DNA of 64,000 bases from Nitrospinales bacterium. GTDB lineage: Bacteria > Nitrospinota > Nitrospinia > Nitrospinales > VA-1. The translations under genes and the position numbers were made by a program. Below are positions 20,008 to 29,888 of the stretch, piece after piece (position 1 is the first letter of the stretch; the number at the start of each line of letters is the position of its first letter). Below the pieces are notes generated by a model. That model saw nothing but the letters and a program-made list of their open reading frames with translations. It had not been told where the DNA came from and searched no databases. The stretch is from the NCBI GenBank assembly GCA_965223345.1, contig CBDCWG010000012.1, positions 2,784,001 to 2,848,000 on the forward strand, written 5' to 3'.

Positions 20008-22923
20008 ATGGGAAACCCAAATCATTCCGCATCTTTGAAAAACGAAATGCCCAATGAGACGATCAGCCTGGAATCTCTGTCCGCTCAGGCAAAAGGCATC
20101 GAACTCAACGACTCCTCGCTGAGTTCTCTCACAGACAATTTAAAACGCATATTCGAATGCGAAGCGGCGACTCTGTTCGCTTACGACCGGTCCACAAGAG
20201 AGTTGTACTCGCGCAATTTCCGCACACAGGGAATCGAAGAAATCCGGGTGGACATTTCCGTCAACAATCTGGCAGGATTCGTGGCCGCCACCGGCAAACC
20301 GCTCAACATTCGCGATGTGCATTCGAAAGAGGAACTGTCCCGCTATCATCAGGATTTGAGCTACGACGACGTGTGGGACCGGAAAATCAATTTCGTCACC
20401 AAATCCATGATGATCATTCCGCTTCCCCACCAGAACAAACTGGTCGGCGTCATGGAGATCATCAACAAACACGACGGGGAGCCGTTTTTAGAGGAAGATT
20501 TCGCCAAAGCCAAGGCGATTTCTTCGGTGATGGGTCTGGCTCTGGTCCGGCTCGAGCAGCAGGAGAGCAAAAACAATCAGATGATGAAGCAGACGCTGGA
20601 CCGCGAGGACAAGCTGCGCCACCTGTCGCACGCGATCCACTCCGCACAGAGCCTCGACGAAGTGCTGTTCGACCTTCAGGGGCCGCTGATGGAGGTGTTC
20701 GATTCCAGGGCGGTCACGATCTATGTCGCTGATTCCAAAGGGCTTGAGATCTCATCGAAGATCCCCTCCAAGGGCCAGGCGGTGCCGATCCGCCTGCCGG
20801 TCGATCCCACGAGCATCGCCGGATTTTCGGCGGCGGAGCAGCGGCTGGTCAACATCCGCAACGTGCACGATGCCGGAGAATTGCAGAAATTTCACCCCGA
20901 TCTCGAATTCGATTCCAGCTGGGACGACCATACGGGACTGAAAACCCGATCCCTGCTCGCGATCTCGCTGACCCACAAAAACAAACTCATGGGCGTCCTG
21001 CAACTGGTGAACAAGGCCGATGAAGACGGCTTCACCGCTGCGGATGAAAACAACGCATTCCTGATTGCGGAGACATTGGCGCTGGCGATTCACAACCTGC
21101 GCAAATTCACGCAAGCGCAACCCACCAAATTCGACTTCCTGATCGAAAATGGCTTTCTTACAGAAGAGGAGTTGACCCTGACTATGGCCAAATCGAGAAA
21201 AACCGGGAAAGAAGTAGAAGATTTACTCGTCAAGGATCTGTACCTCCGTTCCCTGGATATCGGGAAGTCACTGGAAAAATTTTACAAGGTCCCCTACACC
21301 GGCTACGACGAATCGATCAGCCTGCCGGATCCCGAATCGCTGGGACTGAACATCGAAACCCTCCTGAGCCAGAACTGGGTGCCGCTGAAATACGACGATT
21401 CCGGCATGGTCGTGCTCATTCACGATCCCTCCGACGACAAGCGGGTGCACGACATTCAATCGATGTTTCCGCGCCAGCACATCGAGTTTCGGGTCGGCCT
21501 GAAAGCGGACATCCACCGGTACATCCATTCTTTTTTTGGAGTCCAGGAAAACGAGGACTCCGTAGAGGAAGAAAATGCAACCTCCAACAGAGAGGAAGAG
21601 CTTGTGAACGAAGAATATGATCTCGTTGTGGACCTGGAAGAAAAAGAAATCGAAGCCGAGCCCGAACCCGAGCAGGACCAAGACGCCACGCCGCCGCGCG
21701 AGACGTCGATCGCCAAAGCGACGATCAAGCTGTTCAACGACATGATCGGCATCTCGGCGAAACAGGAGGTGACGGACATCCACATCGAACCGGGCATGGA
21801 AGGCAAGGACACCATCGTGCGCCTGCGTAAAGACGGGGCCTGCCGGGTTTTCGATGAAATCCCCTCGGCGTTCCAGAGATCCCTCATCTCCCACATCAAA
21901 AAATTAGCCAATCTGGACCTGTCGGTCACCAAGCTGCCGCAGAACGGCAAGTTCGAATGGACCGACAAGAACTGCAAATTCCTGTGCGAAGCGGTGATCT
22001 TTCCGACCATCGGCGATCTGGAAGACGCCATGCTCAAGATCACCCCGCTCGGCAAACCGCTTCCGACCTATATGCCGCTGTCGCAGCTCAATTTCTCCGA
22101 CCCCAACCTGGACAAGATCCTGTCGCGCATCGCTTCTCCCAAGGGGCTGGTGCTGGTTTCGGGTCCGGCGGGCAAAGGCAAAACCACCACCCTGCATTCC
22201 CTTTTGGGCCAGATCAACTCCGACGAGAAGAAAATCGTCACGGCGGAGGATCCGGTGGAAATCGTGCAGTCCGGGCTGCGGCAGATCCAGGTCAACAATG
22301 AAGTCGGCCTCAATTACGCCTGCGCCCTGGACACGTTTTTGATGGGCAATCCGGACGTCATCGCCATCGGCCAGATCGATTCGGAGGAAACGCTGGGCGA
22401 GTGCCTGCGGGCCGGCAAGGATCACCTCGTCGCCACCACGCTCAACGCCAATTCCTGCATCGACGCGCTGCGCACCCTCAGGGAAATGAAGGTGGACCAG
22501 AACCAGCTGGCGGATTCCCTGCTGTTGATCGTGTCGCAGAAACTGGTGCCGAGCCTCTGCGAGCATTGCAAAGAGGACTACCACCCGACCCAGGAGGAAT
22601 TCGACACGCTGAAGAAATTCTACGGCGAACTTTATTTCCCGGAACTGGGCATCCAGTACAACGAGGACCTGCGGCTCAAAAAAGCGGTGGGATGCAAAAA
22701 ATGCATTTTCACCGGCTATTCGGATCAGATCGCCCTGCAGGAAGTGCTCGAGCGCACTCCCGAGCTGAATCGAATGATCGCGGGCAAGGCTTCGATCGAG
22801 GAAATCCGCAACCAGGCCATCAAGGACGGCATGGTCACCCTGAATCAGGACGGCATCTACAAAATTTTCAACGGTATCTGCGATTTCAAGAAAATCCAGG
22901 AAGCCTTTTTGCCATCCGTTTGA
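20008..22923 (+). CDS. GAF-GAF GspE/PilB homologue with degenerate active site (copy 3)
   Basis: Same architecture but GPAGKGKTT, IAIGQIDS (Walker B E to Q), TLNAN (His box H to N); Cys4 retained; ORF intact. Confidence 0.85.
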   Translation: MGNPNHSASLKNEMPNETISLESLSAQAKGIELNDSSLSSLTDNLKRIFECEAATLFAYDRSTRELYSRNFRTQGIEEIRVDISVNNLAGFVAATGKPLNIRDVHSKEELSRYHQDLSYDDVWDRKINFVTKSMMIIPLPHQNKLVGVMEIINKHDGEPFLEEDFAKAKAISSVMGLALVRLEQQESKNNQMMKQTLDREDKLRHLSHAIHSAQSLDEVLFDLQGPLMEVFDSRAVTIYVADSKGLEISSKIPSKGQAVPIRLPVDPTSIAGFSAAEQRLVNIRNVHDAGELQKFHPDLEFDSSWDDHTGLKTRSLLAISLTHKNKLMGVLQLVNKADEDGFTAADENNAFLIAETLALAIHNLRKFTQAQPTKFDFLIENGFLTEEELTLTMAKSRKTGKEVEDLLVKDLYLRSLDIGKSLEKFYKVPYTGYDESISLPDPESLGLNIETLLSQNWVPLKYDDSGMVVLIHDPSDDKRVHDIQSMFPRQHIEFRVGLKADIHRYIHSFFGVQENEDSVEEENATSNREEELVNEEYDLVVDLEEKEIEAEPEPEQDQDATPPRETSIAKATIKLFNDMIGISAKQEVTDIHIEPGMEGKDTIVRLRKDGACRVFDEIPSAFQRSLISHIKKLANLDLSVTKLPQNGKFEWTDKNCKFLCEAVIFPTIGDLEDAMLKITPLGKPLPTYMPLSQLNFSDPNLDKILSRIASPKGLVLVSGPAGKGKTTTLHSLLGQINSDEKKIVTAEDPVEIVQSGLRQIQVNNEVGLNYACALDTFLMGNPDVIAIGQIDSEETLGECLRAGKDHLVATTLNANSCIDALRTLREMKVDQNQLADSLLLIVSQKLVPSLCEHCKEDYHPTQEEFDTLKKFYGELYFPELGIQYNEDLRLKKAVGCKKCIFTGYSDQIALQEVLERTPELNRMIAGKASIEEIRNQAIKDGMVTLNQDGIYKIFNGICDFKKIQEAFLPSV

Positions 22924-23137
22924 TCCGGTTCTCTCATTCTCCCGTCCCCCTTCCACCTGCACAAAGCGGGATGCCGGCCTGCGTGCGCATGATGGCGTGA
23001 CGTTTCATGCGCTTCGTTTGCCGGCTAAAGCGCGTCATTTCACTTTATCGCATTAATTTGTCGTAATTAGGTCTTCTTTATAGGCATGCCGACATAAATT
23101 TCTGGTAAAATTTTTCTATACTTGCTAGAGGAGGCCT

Positions 23138-23830
23138 ATGAATATTCATTTGGCGATCATTTTCGTTTTAGTTCTATTTTTAAACGGGTGCATCTCCGGT
23201 CCGGATGCCGAAAAGGAAAGCGCCGCGAAAGCGAGCCGCAGTCCGGAAAAAGCGGCTCTGGAGACGCAAAAAACCAGGAGTAAATACGAGACCGTCCGGC
23301 AGCAGGCGAGCCAGGGCGAAGCCGCGGCTCAGCTGGAGCTGGGCACCATGTATGAAACCGGCAGCAATGTGCGGAAGGACTTCACCAAGGCCATGCAGTG
23401 GTACGCCAGGGCCGCCGAACAGGGAGTGGCCGACGCCCAGATCAAGCTGGCGGCCATGTACCGGGAAGGCCGGGGCGTTCCCCAGGACTTTCTGGAGGCG
23501 GAAAAGTGGTACCGCCGCGCCGCCGAACAGGGAGACACTTCGGCGCAGATCACCCTCGGCGTCATGTATTTCGAGGGCAAGGAGATCCCCCGCGACAAGG
23601 TTCAGGCGCATATGTGGTTGAATATTGCGGCCTCGCGCCTGTCACCCGGAAAAGTGCGCGACACGGTGGTGGAAAACCGCAAAATCGTGGCGAGCTGGAT
23701 GACGCTGGGGCAAATCGCCGAAGCCCAGAAGATGGCGCGGGACTGGAAACCGAAGTTTTTCTGGAAAAAGAAAGTGGAACCGATTTCTCAGTCCGCCAAG
23801 GAAGGAAGTAAGGACCGCTTCACCAAATGA
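23138..23830 (+). CDS. SEL1-like repeat lipoprotein
   Basis: Lipobox LNG-C; AQLELGTMYETG, AMQWYARAAEQG, AEKWYRRAAEQG, AHMWLNIAA; SD gaggagg. Confidence 0.9.
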   Translation: MNIHLAIIFVLVLFLNGCISGPDAEKESAAKASRSPEKAALETQKTRSKYETVRQQASQGEAAAQLELGTMYETGSNVRKDFTKAMQWYARAAEQGVADAQIKLAAMYREGRGVPQDFLEAEKWYRRAAEQGDTSAQITLGVMYFEGKEIPRDKVQAHMWLNIAASRLSPGKVRDTVVENRKIVASWMTLGQIAEAQKMARDWKPKFFWKKKVEPISQSAKEGSKDRFTK

Positions 23831-23853
23831 TCCCGGCTCCGGCCTGAAGCCAT

Positions 23854-25188
23854 TCAGGCCGCCGAGCCGATCGGGCTCTGGTAATCCTCGATCCAGCGGG
23901 TGAGGCTTTCCAGCGCCTTGGCAACGATCGCCTGATTTCTCACCTTTTTGTTGCGAATCCGCATCTCAGGAACCAGAAACAATCCGAAATTGATGTTCAT
24001 CGGCTGATAGGCGCCCTGCCCTCCGCGCGTCACGTACTTGTGCAGCGCGCCCAGCGCCGTCTCCATGGGCGGCGGCGTGAACTTTTCCCCGCGCAGCCGC
24101 TTCACCGCACTCAGACTGGCCAAAAGTCCCATCGCGGTGGACTCCACATAACCTTCCACGCCGACGATCTGGCCCGCGAAATACGTTCCCGGACGGCATT
24201 TCAGATCCAGCTCCGCGCCCAGCAGGCTGGGTGCGTTGATGAAGGTGTTGCGGTGAATGGCGCCGTAACGGAAAAATTCCGCGTTCTGCAATCCGGGAAT
24301 CAGCGAAAACACGCGCTTCTGCTCGGGATAGGTGAGCTTGGTCTGGAAGCCGACCAGGTTGAACGCGGTGCCTTCCTTGTTTTCCCGGCGCAGTTGCACG
24401 ACGGCGTGCGCGATTTTGCCGGTCTCCGGATGCGGCAGCCCCACCGGTTTCAAGGGCCCGAAGGCGAGCGTCTTTTCACCGCGCGCGGCCAACTCCTCGA
24501 TGGGCAGGCAGCCTTCGAAGTAAAGCGGCTTTTCGAACGTGGCGAAGGGAACCTTTTGCGCCGCGTTCAATTCGTCGATGAAGCGGTGGTACTGCTCCCG
24601 GTCCATCGGGCAGTTCAGGTAGTCGTCTCTGCCCTTGTTGTAGCGCGAGGCGAAATAGGCCTGGCTGAAATCGATCGAGTTGGCATCGACGATGGGCGAC
24701 AGGGCGTCGTAGAAATACAGGTATTTCTGGCCGATGACCTCGGAGATCTTCTGCGACAGCCTGGGAGAGGTGAGCGGACCGGTGGCGACGATGACGGGCC
24801 CGCCTTGCGGCAGGTCCACCACTTCATCGCGGATCAGGTTGATGTTGGGATGGTTTGCGATTTTTTCGGTGATCTCGCGGGAAAACAGGTCGCGGTCCAC
24901 AGCCAGTGCGCTGCCTGCGGGAACGGCGTGCTTGTCCCCGGCCTGCACGATGAGCGAACCGAACTTCCGCAACTCCTGTTTGAGAAGAAACGGCGCGGAG
25001 GGTCCCTGGTTGTTGCCGAGGGAATTGCTGCACACCAGTTCGGCGCAGTTATCCGTCTTGTGCACCGGGGTCGGGGTTTTGGAGCGCATCTCGTAAAGGT
25101 TCACCGAGACGCCGCGCTCCGCGGCCTGCCAGGCCGCTTCGGAACCGGCGAGACCGCTGCCGATCACCGTCAAACTCATCTTGCTCAT
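23854..25188 (-). CDS. trmFO: FAD/folate-dependent tRNA U54 methyltransferase TrmFO (Gid)
   Basis: VIGSGLAGSEAAWQ, AELVCSNSLG, YFYDALSPIV, FEGCLPIE, VGFQT, HRNTFIN, FAGQIVGVEGYVES, QPMNINFG. Confidence 0.95.
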   Translation of the reverse strand: MSKMSLTVIGSGLAGSEAAWQAAERGVSVNLYEMRSKTPTPVHKTDNCAELVCSNSLGNNQGPSAPFLLKQELRKFGSLIVQAGDKHAVPAGSALAVDRDLFSREITEKIANHPNINLIRDEVVDLPQGGPVIVATGPLTSPRLSQKISEVIGQKYLYFYDALSPIVDANSIDFSQAYFASRYNKGRDDYLNCPMDREQYHRFIDELNAAQKVPFATFEKPLYFEGCLPIEELAARGEKTLAFGPLKPVGLPHPETGKIAHAVVQLRRENKEGTAFNLVGFQTKLTYPEQKRVFSLIPGLQNAEFFRYGAIHRNTFINAPSLLGAELDLKCRPGTYFAGQIVGVEGYVESTAMGLLASLSAVKRLRGEKFTPPPMETALGALHKYVTRGGQGAYQPMNINFGLFLVPEMRIRNKKVRNQAIVAKALESLTRWIEDYQSPIGSAA

Positions 25189-25251
25189 ACGCACTCTTCC
25201 AATAAACCGCAAATCCCTGCTGGCGCTTTATGGTATTGCTGGGAAATTTCG

Positions 25252-27537
25252 TCAGGCCGCAGCGGGCGATTTCTTATGGCCACATTTTGGGCACACGATC
25301 GACACCCCTTCGCTTTTTTTCCATTTTTCGACCATGAACGCGTGCTTGCAGCCCTCTTCCGGGCAGGCTTCGTCCACCGGCTTGTCCCAGGAGGTGAACT
25401 TACAATTGGGGTACTCGCTGCATCCGTAGAAGGTGCGGCCCTTTTTGCTGCGCCGCCCGGCGATTTCCCCTTTGCAGCCTTCTTCCGGACAGTTGATGCC
25501 CAGCCCGATGGGCTTGGTGAACTTGCAGTCCGGATAGGTGGAGCAGGCGATGAACTTGCCGAACCGCCCCATCTTGATGATCAGCGGCGAATCGCATTTT
25601 TCGCATTTGCCTTCCACTTCCTCGACGGCGGCGCCTTTGCCGTCGCCGGCGTCCTCACCCAGGTTGCGCGTGTTCTTGCAGTCGGGATACCCCGAGCAGG
25701 CCATGAACTTGCCGAAGCGGCCCCATTTGATGATCATGGGCTTGTCGCATTTTTCGCACACTTCGTCGGTTTCCTCGACCTGGCTCTTCACGTCCTTCAT
25801 TTTCTTTTCCGCCTCTTCGAGCGTCACCTTGAAGGGGTCGTAAAACAGTTTCAGCGCGTTCACCCAGTCGATGCTGCCTTCCTCGATCTGGTCGAGGCGG
25901 TCTTCCATCTGCGCGGTGAACTCGGTGGTCATGTATTCGGGAAAATTTTCCACCAGCATGTCCGAAACCAGAAAACCCAGCTCGGAGGGATGCAGCCGGC
26001 GTTCCTCGGAGCGGATGTAATCGCGGTCCTTGATCACGCTGATGATCGAGGCGTAGGTGCTCGGCCGGCCGACGCCTTTGTCCTCCAGTTCCTTGACCAG
26101 CGCCGCTTCGGTGAAACGCGGCGGCGGCTGTGTGAAATGCTGCTCCGGCAGGATCTTGAGGAGCTTCAGGCTGTCTCCCTTTTCCAGTTCGGGAAGCAGG
26201 CGGTCGGTCGCCGAACCTTTGGCGTTCTCTTTCGGTTCCTTGCCATTTTCGGCGTTGTCGTCGTCGGTGCCTTCCACGTACACCTGCATGAAACCCGCGA
26301 ACTTGAGGATCGAACCGTTGGCGCGGAACAGGTACTTGCCGGTGCGGATGTCGAACTGGGTCGTGTCGAGGACGGCCGGGACCATCTGGCAAGCCACGGT
26401 GCGGGACCAGATCAGCTGGTACAGGTTGAACGCGTCTTTTTCCAGAAATTCCTTCACCACCTTCGGTTCCAGCGTGACGTCGGTGGGCCGCACGGCTTCG
26501 TGCGCTTCCTGCGCGGATTTTTTGCTCTTGTAGGTGTTCGGCTTCGCGGGCAGGAACTCCTTGCCGTAGCGGTCGGGAATGAAACCGCGGATGTTGTCCA
26601 GCGCTTCGTCGGACAGCCGCACCGAGTCGGTACGCATGTAGGTGATGAGTCCCACGGTTCCCTTGTCGCCCAAAGGCAGCCCTTCGTACAGGCGCTGGGC
26701 CAGCATCATGGTCTTTTTGGGAGAAAAATTCAGCTTGCGGGACGCCTCCTGCTGCAGGGTGCTGGTGATGAACGGCGGCGACGGATTGCGTTTGCGTTCC
26801 TTCTTGGTGACGCTGTCCAGAACCAGCTCGGCGCCTTCCACGTCCTTGACGATCCGGTCCGCCTGCTCCTTGTTGCCGACTTCCGCTTTCTTGTCGTCGA
26901 TCTTGAGCAGCTTGGCCTCGAACTGCGGCGGCACTTTGCCTTCCAGATCCAGCGTGATCGACCAGTATTCCTCCGGCTTGAATGCCTGGATTTCGCGTTC
27001 GCGGTCGCAGACGATGCGCAGCGCCACGGACTGCACCCTTCCGGCGCTCAGGCCGCGGTGGATTTTCTTCCACAACAGCGGGCTGATCTTGTACCCCACC
27101 AGCCGGTCGAGGATGCGGCGGGCCTGCTGGGCGTTGACCCGGTTGAGATTCAGCTCCTTCGGGTTCTCGATCGCTTCCTTGACCGCCTTTTTGGTGATTT
27201 CGTTGAACGCGACCCGGTAGATCTTGCCCTTGGTGAATTTGGACACTTCGTTGCCGATGTGGTGGGCGATGGCTTCGCCCTCCCGATCCGGGTCCGGGGC
27301 CAGATAGATGTTGTCGGCTTTCTTCGCCGCCGATTTCAGCTCGCTGAGGATCTTGCCCTTGCCGCGGATGGTGATGTATTCCGGCGCAAAGTCATTGTCC
27401 ACATCCACCCCGAGCTTCTTTTTCGGAAGGTCCTTCAGGTGACCCACGGATGCCTTGATGACAAAGTCCCGCCCCACGATCTTCTTGAGCGTGTTGACTT
27501 TGGTGGGTGACTCGACGATCAGCAGCGATTTAGACAT
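25252..27537 (-). CDS. topA: DNA topoisomerase I (type IA) with C-terminal zinc ribbons
   Basis: IVESPTK, DPDREGEAIA, LSAGRVQS, ITYMRTDS, AQEAHEAVRPT, GVGRPSTYA, repeated CxxC..GRFGKFxACSxYPDC. Confidence 0.97.
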   Translation of the reverse strand: MSKSLLIVESPTKVNTLKKIVGRDFVIKASVGHLKDLPKKKLGVDVDNDFAPEYITIRGKGKILSELKSAAKKADNIYLAPDPDREGEAIAHHIGNEVSKFTKGKIYRVAFNEITKKAVKEAIENPKELNLNRVNAQQARRILDRLVGYKISPLLWKKIHRGLSAGRVQSVALRIVCDREREIQAFKPEEYWSITLDLEGKVPPQFEAKLLKIDDKKAEVGNKEQADRIVKDVEGAELVLDSVTKKERKRNPSPPFITSTLQQEASRKLNFSPKKTMMLAQRLYEGLPLGDKGTVGLITYMRTDSVRLSDEALDNIRGFIPDRYGKEFLPAKPNTYKSKKSAQEAHEAVRPTDVTLEPKVVKEFLEKDAFNLYQLIWSRTVACQMVPAVLDTTQFDIRTGKYLFRANGSILKFAGFMQVYVEGTDDDNAENGKEPKENAKGSATDRLLPELEKGDSLKLLKILPEQHFTQPPPRFTEAALVKELEDKGVGRPSTYASIISVIKDRDYIRSEERRLHPSELGFLVSDMLVENFPEYMTTEFTAQMEDRLDQIEEGSIDWVNALKLFYDPFKVTLEEAEKKMKDVKSQVEETDEVCEKCDKPMIIKWGRFGKFMACSGYPDCKNTRNLGEDAGDGKGAAVEEVEGKCEKCDSPLIIKMGRFGKFIACSTYPDCKFTKPIGLGINCPEEGCKGEIAGRRSKKGRTFYGCSEYPNCKFTSWDKPVDEACPEEGCKHAFMVEKWKKSEGVSIVCPKCGHKKSPAAA

Positions 27538-27758
27538 AACACCTCTTTATATTGACGGTTCCCCCGCAAAGGGGATTGTTTTGCTTGAGATTGCGCGATG
27601 TTTGGCGCTCAAAAGACGCTCGCGGCCCCGCGGTTGCGAGCGCTGTGGGTTTTTCTGTTGGATGCTCCCGCGGCCGGAAGGATGGGACCTTTTTCGTATG
27701 AAAATCAAGACCGGCTCCTCCCAGGGCACAGGTCCTGATCTATCAGAGTATCATAAAT

Positions 27759-28862
27759 TCAATCATTTAGCGTCGCGATGAAGCGTTTTCCGTTCATCTG
27801 ACGCACACAGCCTTTCAATTCCAACTGAACCAGTGTAGCGGAAACTTGGGCCGGTGACAATCGGCTGTTTTCGATGATCCGGTCTATATGTTGTTCTTCA
27901 TGGCCCAAAAAAGAAATAATATCGCGCTCCAGCGTTGTCAATTCCGGTGTGGCCGCAGGTTCGCTCCCGGGGATCCGCAGCTGTTCCCGGACCGCAGCGG
28001 GCAATTCCTCGACGATCGCCTCGGGGCTGTCCACCAGCTTGGCGCCGTTTTTGATGAGGCGGTTGGTTTCCCGGCTCTTCGGAGAGGTGATATTTCCCGG
28101 CAGCGCGAACACTTCCCTGCCCTGCTCCAACGCAAACTGCACGGTGATCAGCGCGCCGCTTTTTTCTCCGGCTTCGACGACCAGCGTGCCGTGCGCAAGA
28201 CCGCTGATGATGCGGTTGCGCGCCGGGAAATTGCTGCGTTCCGGACGCATGGTGACGGGAAACTCCGTGACGAGCGCGCCCTGGGCGGCGATCTTTTTGC
28301 GTAGGGACGCGTTTTCAGCCGGATAGGTCTGGGAAAGTCCGCAGCCGAACACCGCGATGGTGTCGCCGCCCGCCTGCAATGCCGCGCGATGGGCCTGGGT
28401 GTCGATGCCGCGCGCCATGCCGCTGACGACCGTGACTCCGAGAGACGCCAGCGCACTGCTGAGTCGTTCGGCGACGATCTTGCCGTAGCTTGTGGGGGCG
28501 CGGGTGCCCACCACCGCGAGGGGAACGGAAAAACCATCGAGCCTGCCGCCTTCGCAGTAGAGGATCGGCGGCGGATCGTAAATCGATTTCAGCAAGTCGG
28601 GGTATTCGGGGCTTTCCAGGGTCAGAATGCGGGCTCCCAGCTTTTCGACCAGCCGGAACTCCCGCTCCACCTGCTTTTCGAAATCGAAATCGAGGATCTG
28701 ACCGGCGATCTTCTCACCGATCCCCTCCACCCGCATCAGGTCGCGGCGCGAGGCGCGAAAAACTTCCTCAGGCGAGCCCAGCGCGTGCACGAGGCGGTGG
28801 AATAGGGTTTTTCCCACTCCCAGCACCATGTTCAAAGCCACCCAATGCTTTGTCTTTTCCAT
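27759..28862 (-). CDS. dprA: DNA-processing protein DprA/Smf
   Basis: YPDLLKSIYDPPPILY, AVVGTR, VVSGMARGID, NFPARNRIISGL, VVEAGEKSGALIT, EQGREVFALPG; C-terminal wHTH. Confidence 0.95.
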   Translation of the reverse strand: MEKTKHWVALNMVLGVGKTLFHRLVHALGSPEEVFRASRRDLMRVEGIGEKIAGQILDFDFEKQVEREFRLVEKLGARILTLESPEYPDLLKSIYDPPPILYCEGGRLDGFSVPLAVVGTRAPTSYGKIVAERLSSALASLGVTVVSGMARGIDTQAHRAALQAGGDTIAVFGCGLSQTYPAENASLRKKIAAQGALVTEFPVTMRPERSNFPARNRIISGLAHGTLVVEAGEKSGALITVQFALEQGREVFALPGNITSPKSRETNRLIKNGAKLVDSPEAIVEELPAAVREQLRIPGSEPAATPELTTLERDIISFLGHEEQHIDRIIENSRLSPAQVSATLVQLELKGCVRQMNGKRFIATLND

Positions 28863-28925
28863 GCAACCTTGTGGTTTGGGAAAAGGAGGGACCGGCACTC
28901 GGCGGGCCTGCGTTTGTCGCCCGCC

Positions 28926-29804
28926 TTATTTTGAAAACGCGATGGCCTGGTTTTTTCTTTTTTCCAGATCGGCCACGGCTACGTTGAAGTCGTACAGCGT
29001 CTGGTAATAGCCTCGAAGAACGCGCGTGTAGATGATCAGAGCCTGGAACAGCTCCTCGGAATCGCCGATGCCGAAATCGTAGTTGGCGACTTCCGTGACC
29101 AGCAGCGCCCGCGTGATCTTGCGGCTTTTTTTCGCGAGCTTCACCTTGGCCCGGGCCTTCATGACCTCGAGAAACGCCTTGCGCAGCAGGAACATCTTCT
29201 GCCGGTCGATGCCGCGGCGGTTCTTGCCGCTCTTGACCGCGGGTTTCTTTTCAGCTGTTTTCGCTGCCGTCGCGTTTTCGTCCAGGTAATCCTTCAGGCT
29301 GTCATAAGGAAACGACACCGCCTTGATGGATTCTTCCTCCAGCGGGCTTTCATAGGAATACGCCTTGCCCGTCAAGTGAGCCAGGGACAGGATCGCGACG
29401 TGGATCTCGTTTCGAAGATCGATCATGTCGTTCAGGGTACCGGAACGGCCCAGCTTGAGCTTGGTGATGTCCGACTGCGAGAGGTTTTCGTCTTCGCCGG
29501 AATCGAATTTTTCTTCGGACTTTTCCACCGCCTTGTCGAAATGCTCTTTCACTTCTTCGGCGATGTCCATCTGTTCGGACTTGGACTGGATCTCGTAGTA
29601 AAACTTCTTCACCTGAAAGCGAATCTCGTTGGCGGAGCCTCTCGTGTTTTTCTTCAGGGCCAGTTTGAGGGTCTCAGCCAGTGTGGGAATGGGAACGGGG
29701 CCCTCCGCCGCCGGTGCGGCCTGCGCGCCGCTCGTCAGGCCGAGCGCAAAAAGGAAAACACCTGATAAAACGGTGCTCCAACGTTTGACGGGATTGAGAC
29801 GCAT
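28926..29804 (-). CDS. Short TolC/OEP-like secreted protein, apparently lacking the beta-barrel strands
   Basis: Signal peptide; TLAETLKLALKKN, FQVKKFYYEI, KFDSG..SQSDI, LAHLTG, NYDFGIGD, YDFNVAVADLEK; only ~292 aa. Confidence 0.6.
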   Translation of the reverse strand: MRLNPVKRWSTVLSGVFLFALGLTSGAQAAPAAEGPVPIPTLAETLKLALKKNTRGSANEIRFQVKKFYYEIQSKSEQMDIAEEVKEHFDKAVEKSEEKFDSGEDENLSQSDITKLKLGRSGTLNDMIDLRNEIHVAILSLAHLTGKAYSYESPLEEESIKAVSFPYDSLKDYLDENATAAKTAEKKPAVKSGKNRRGIDRQKMFLLRKAFLEVMKARAKVKLAKKSRKITRALLVTEVANYDFGIGDSEELFQALIIYTRVLRGYYQTLYDFNVAVADLEKRKNQAIAFSK

Positions 29805-29888
29805 ATTGCTTCCTCGAAATAAGTGTTCCTTATGGGGAAAATGATGTCCGGAACATGCGGTCTGCTTAAGGAAGTATTCAGGGAAAGC

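Noticed and set aside
24040..27510. 1156-aa plus-strand ORF and similar long antisense ORFs (9180-11528, 33372-35630, 57843-59549)
   Set aside because: Shadow frames opposite well-supported genes in GC-rich DNA, with no recognisable motifs
13721..28862. Competence locus (PilB-like ATPases near dprA)
   Set aside because: dprA sits in the common dprA-topA-trmFO block on the opposite strand, and no comEA/comEC or pilin genes are present
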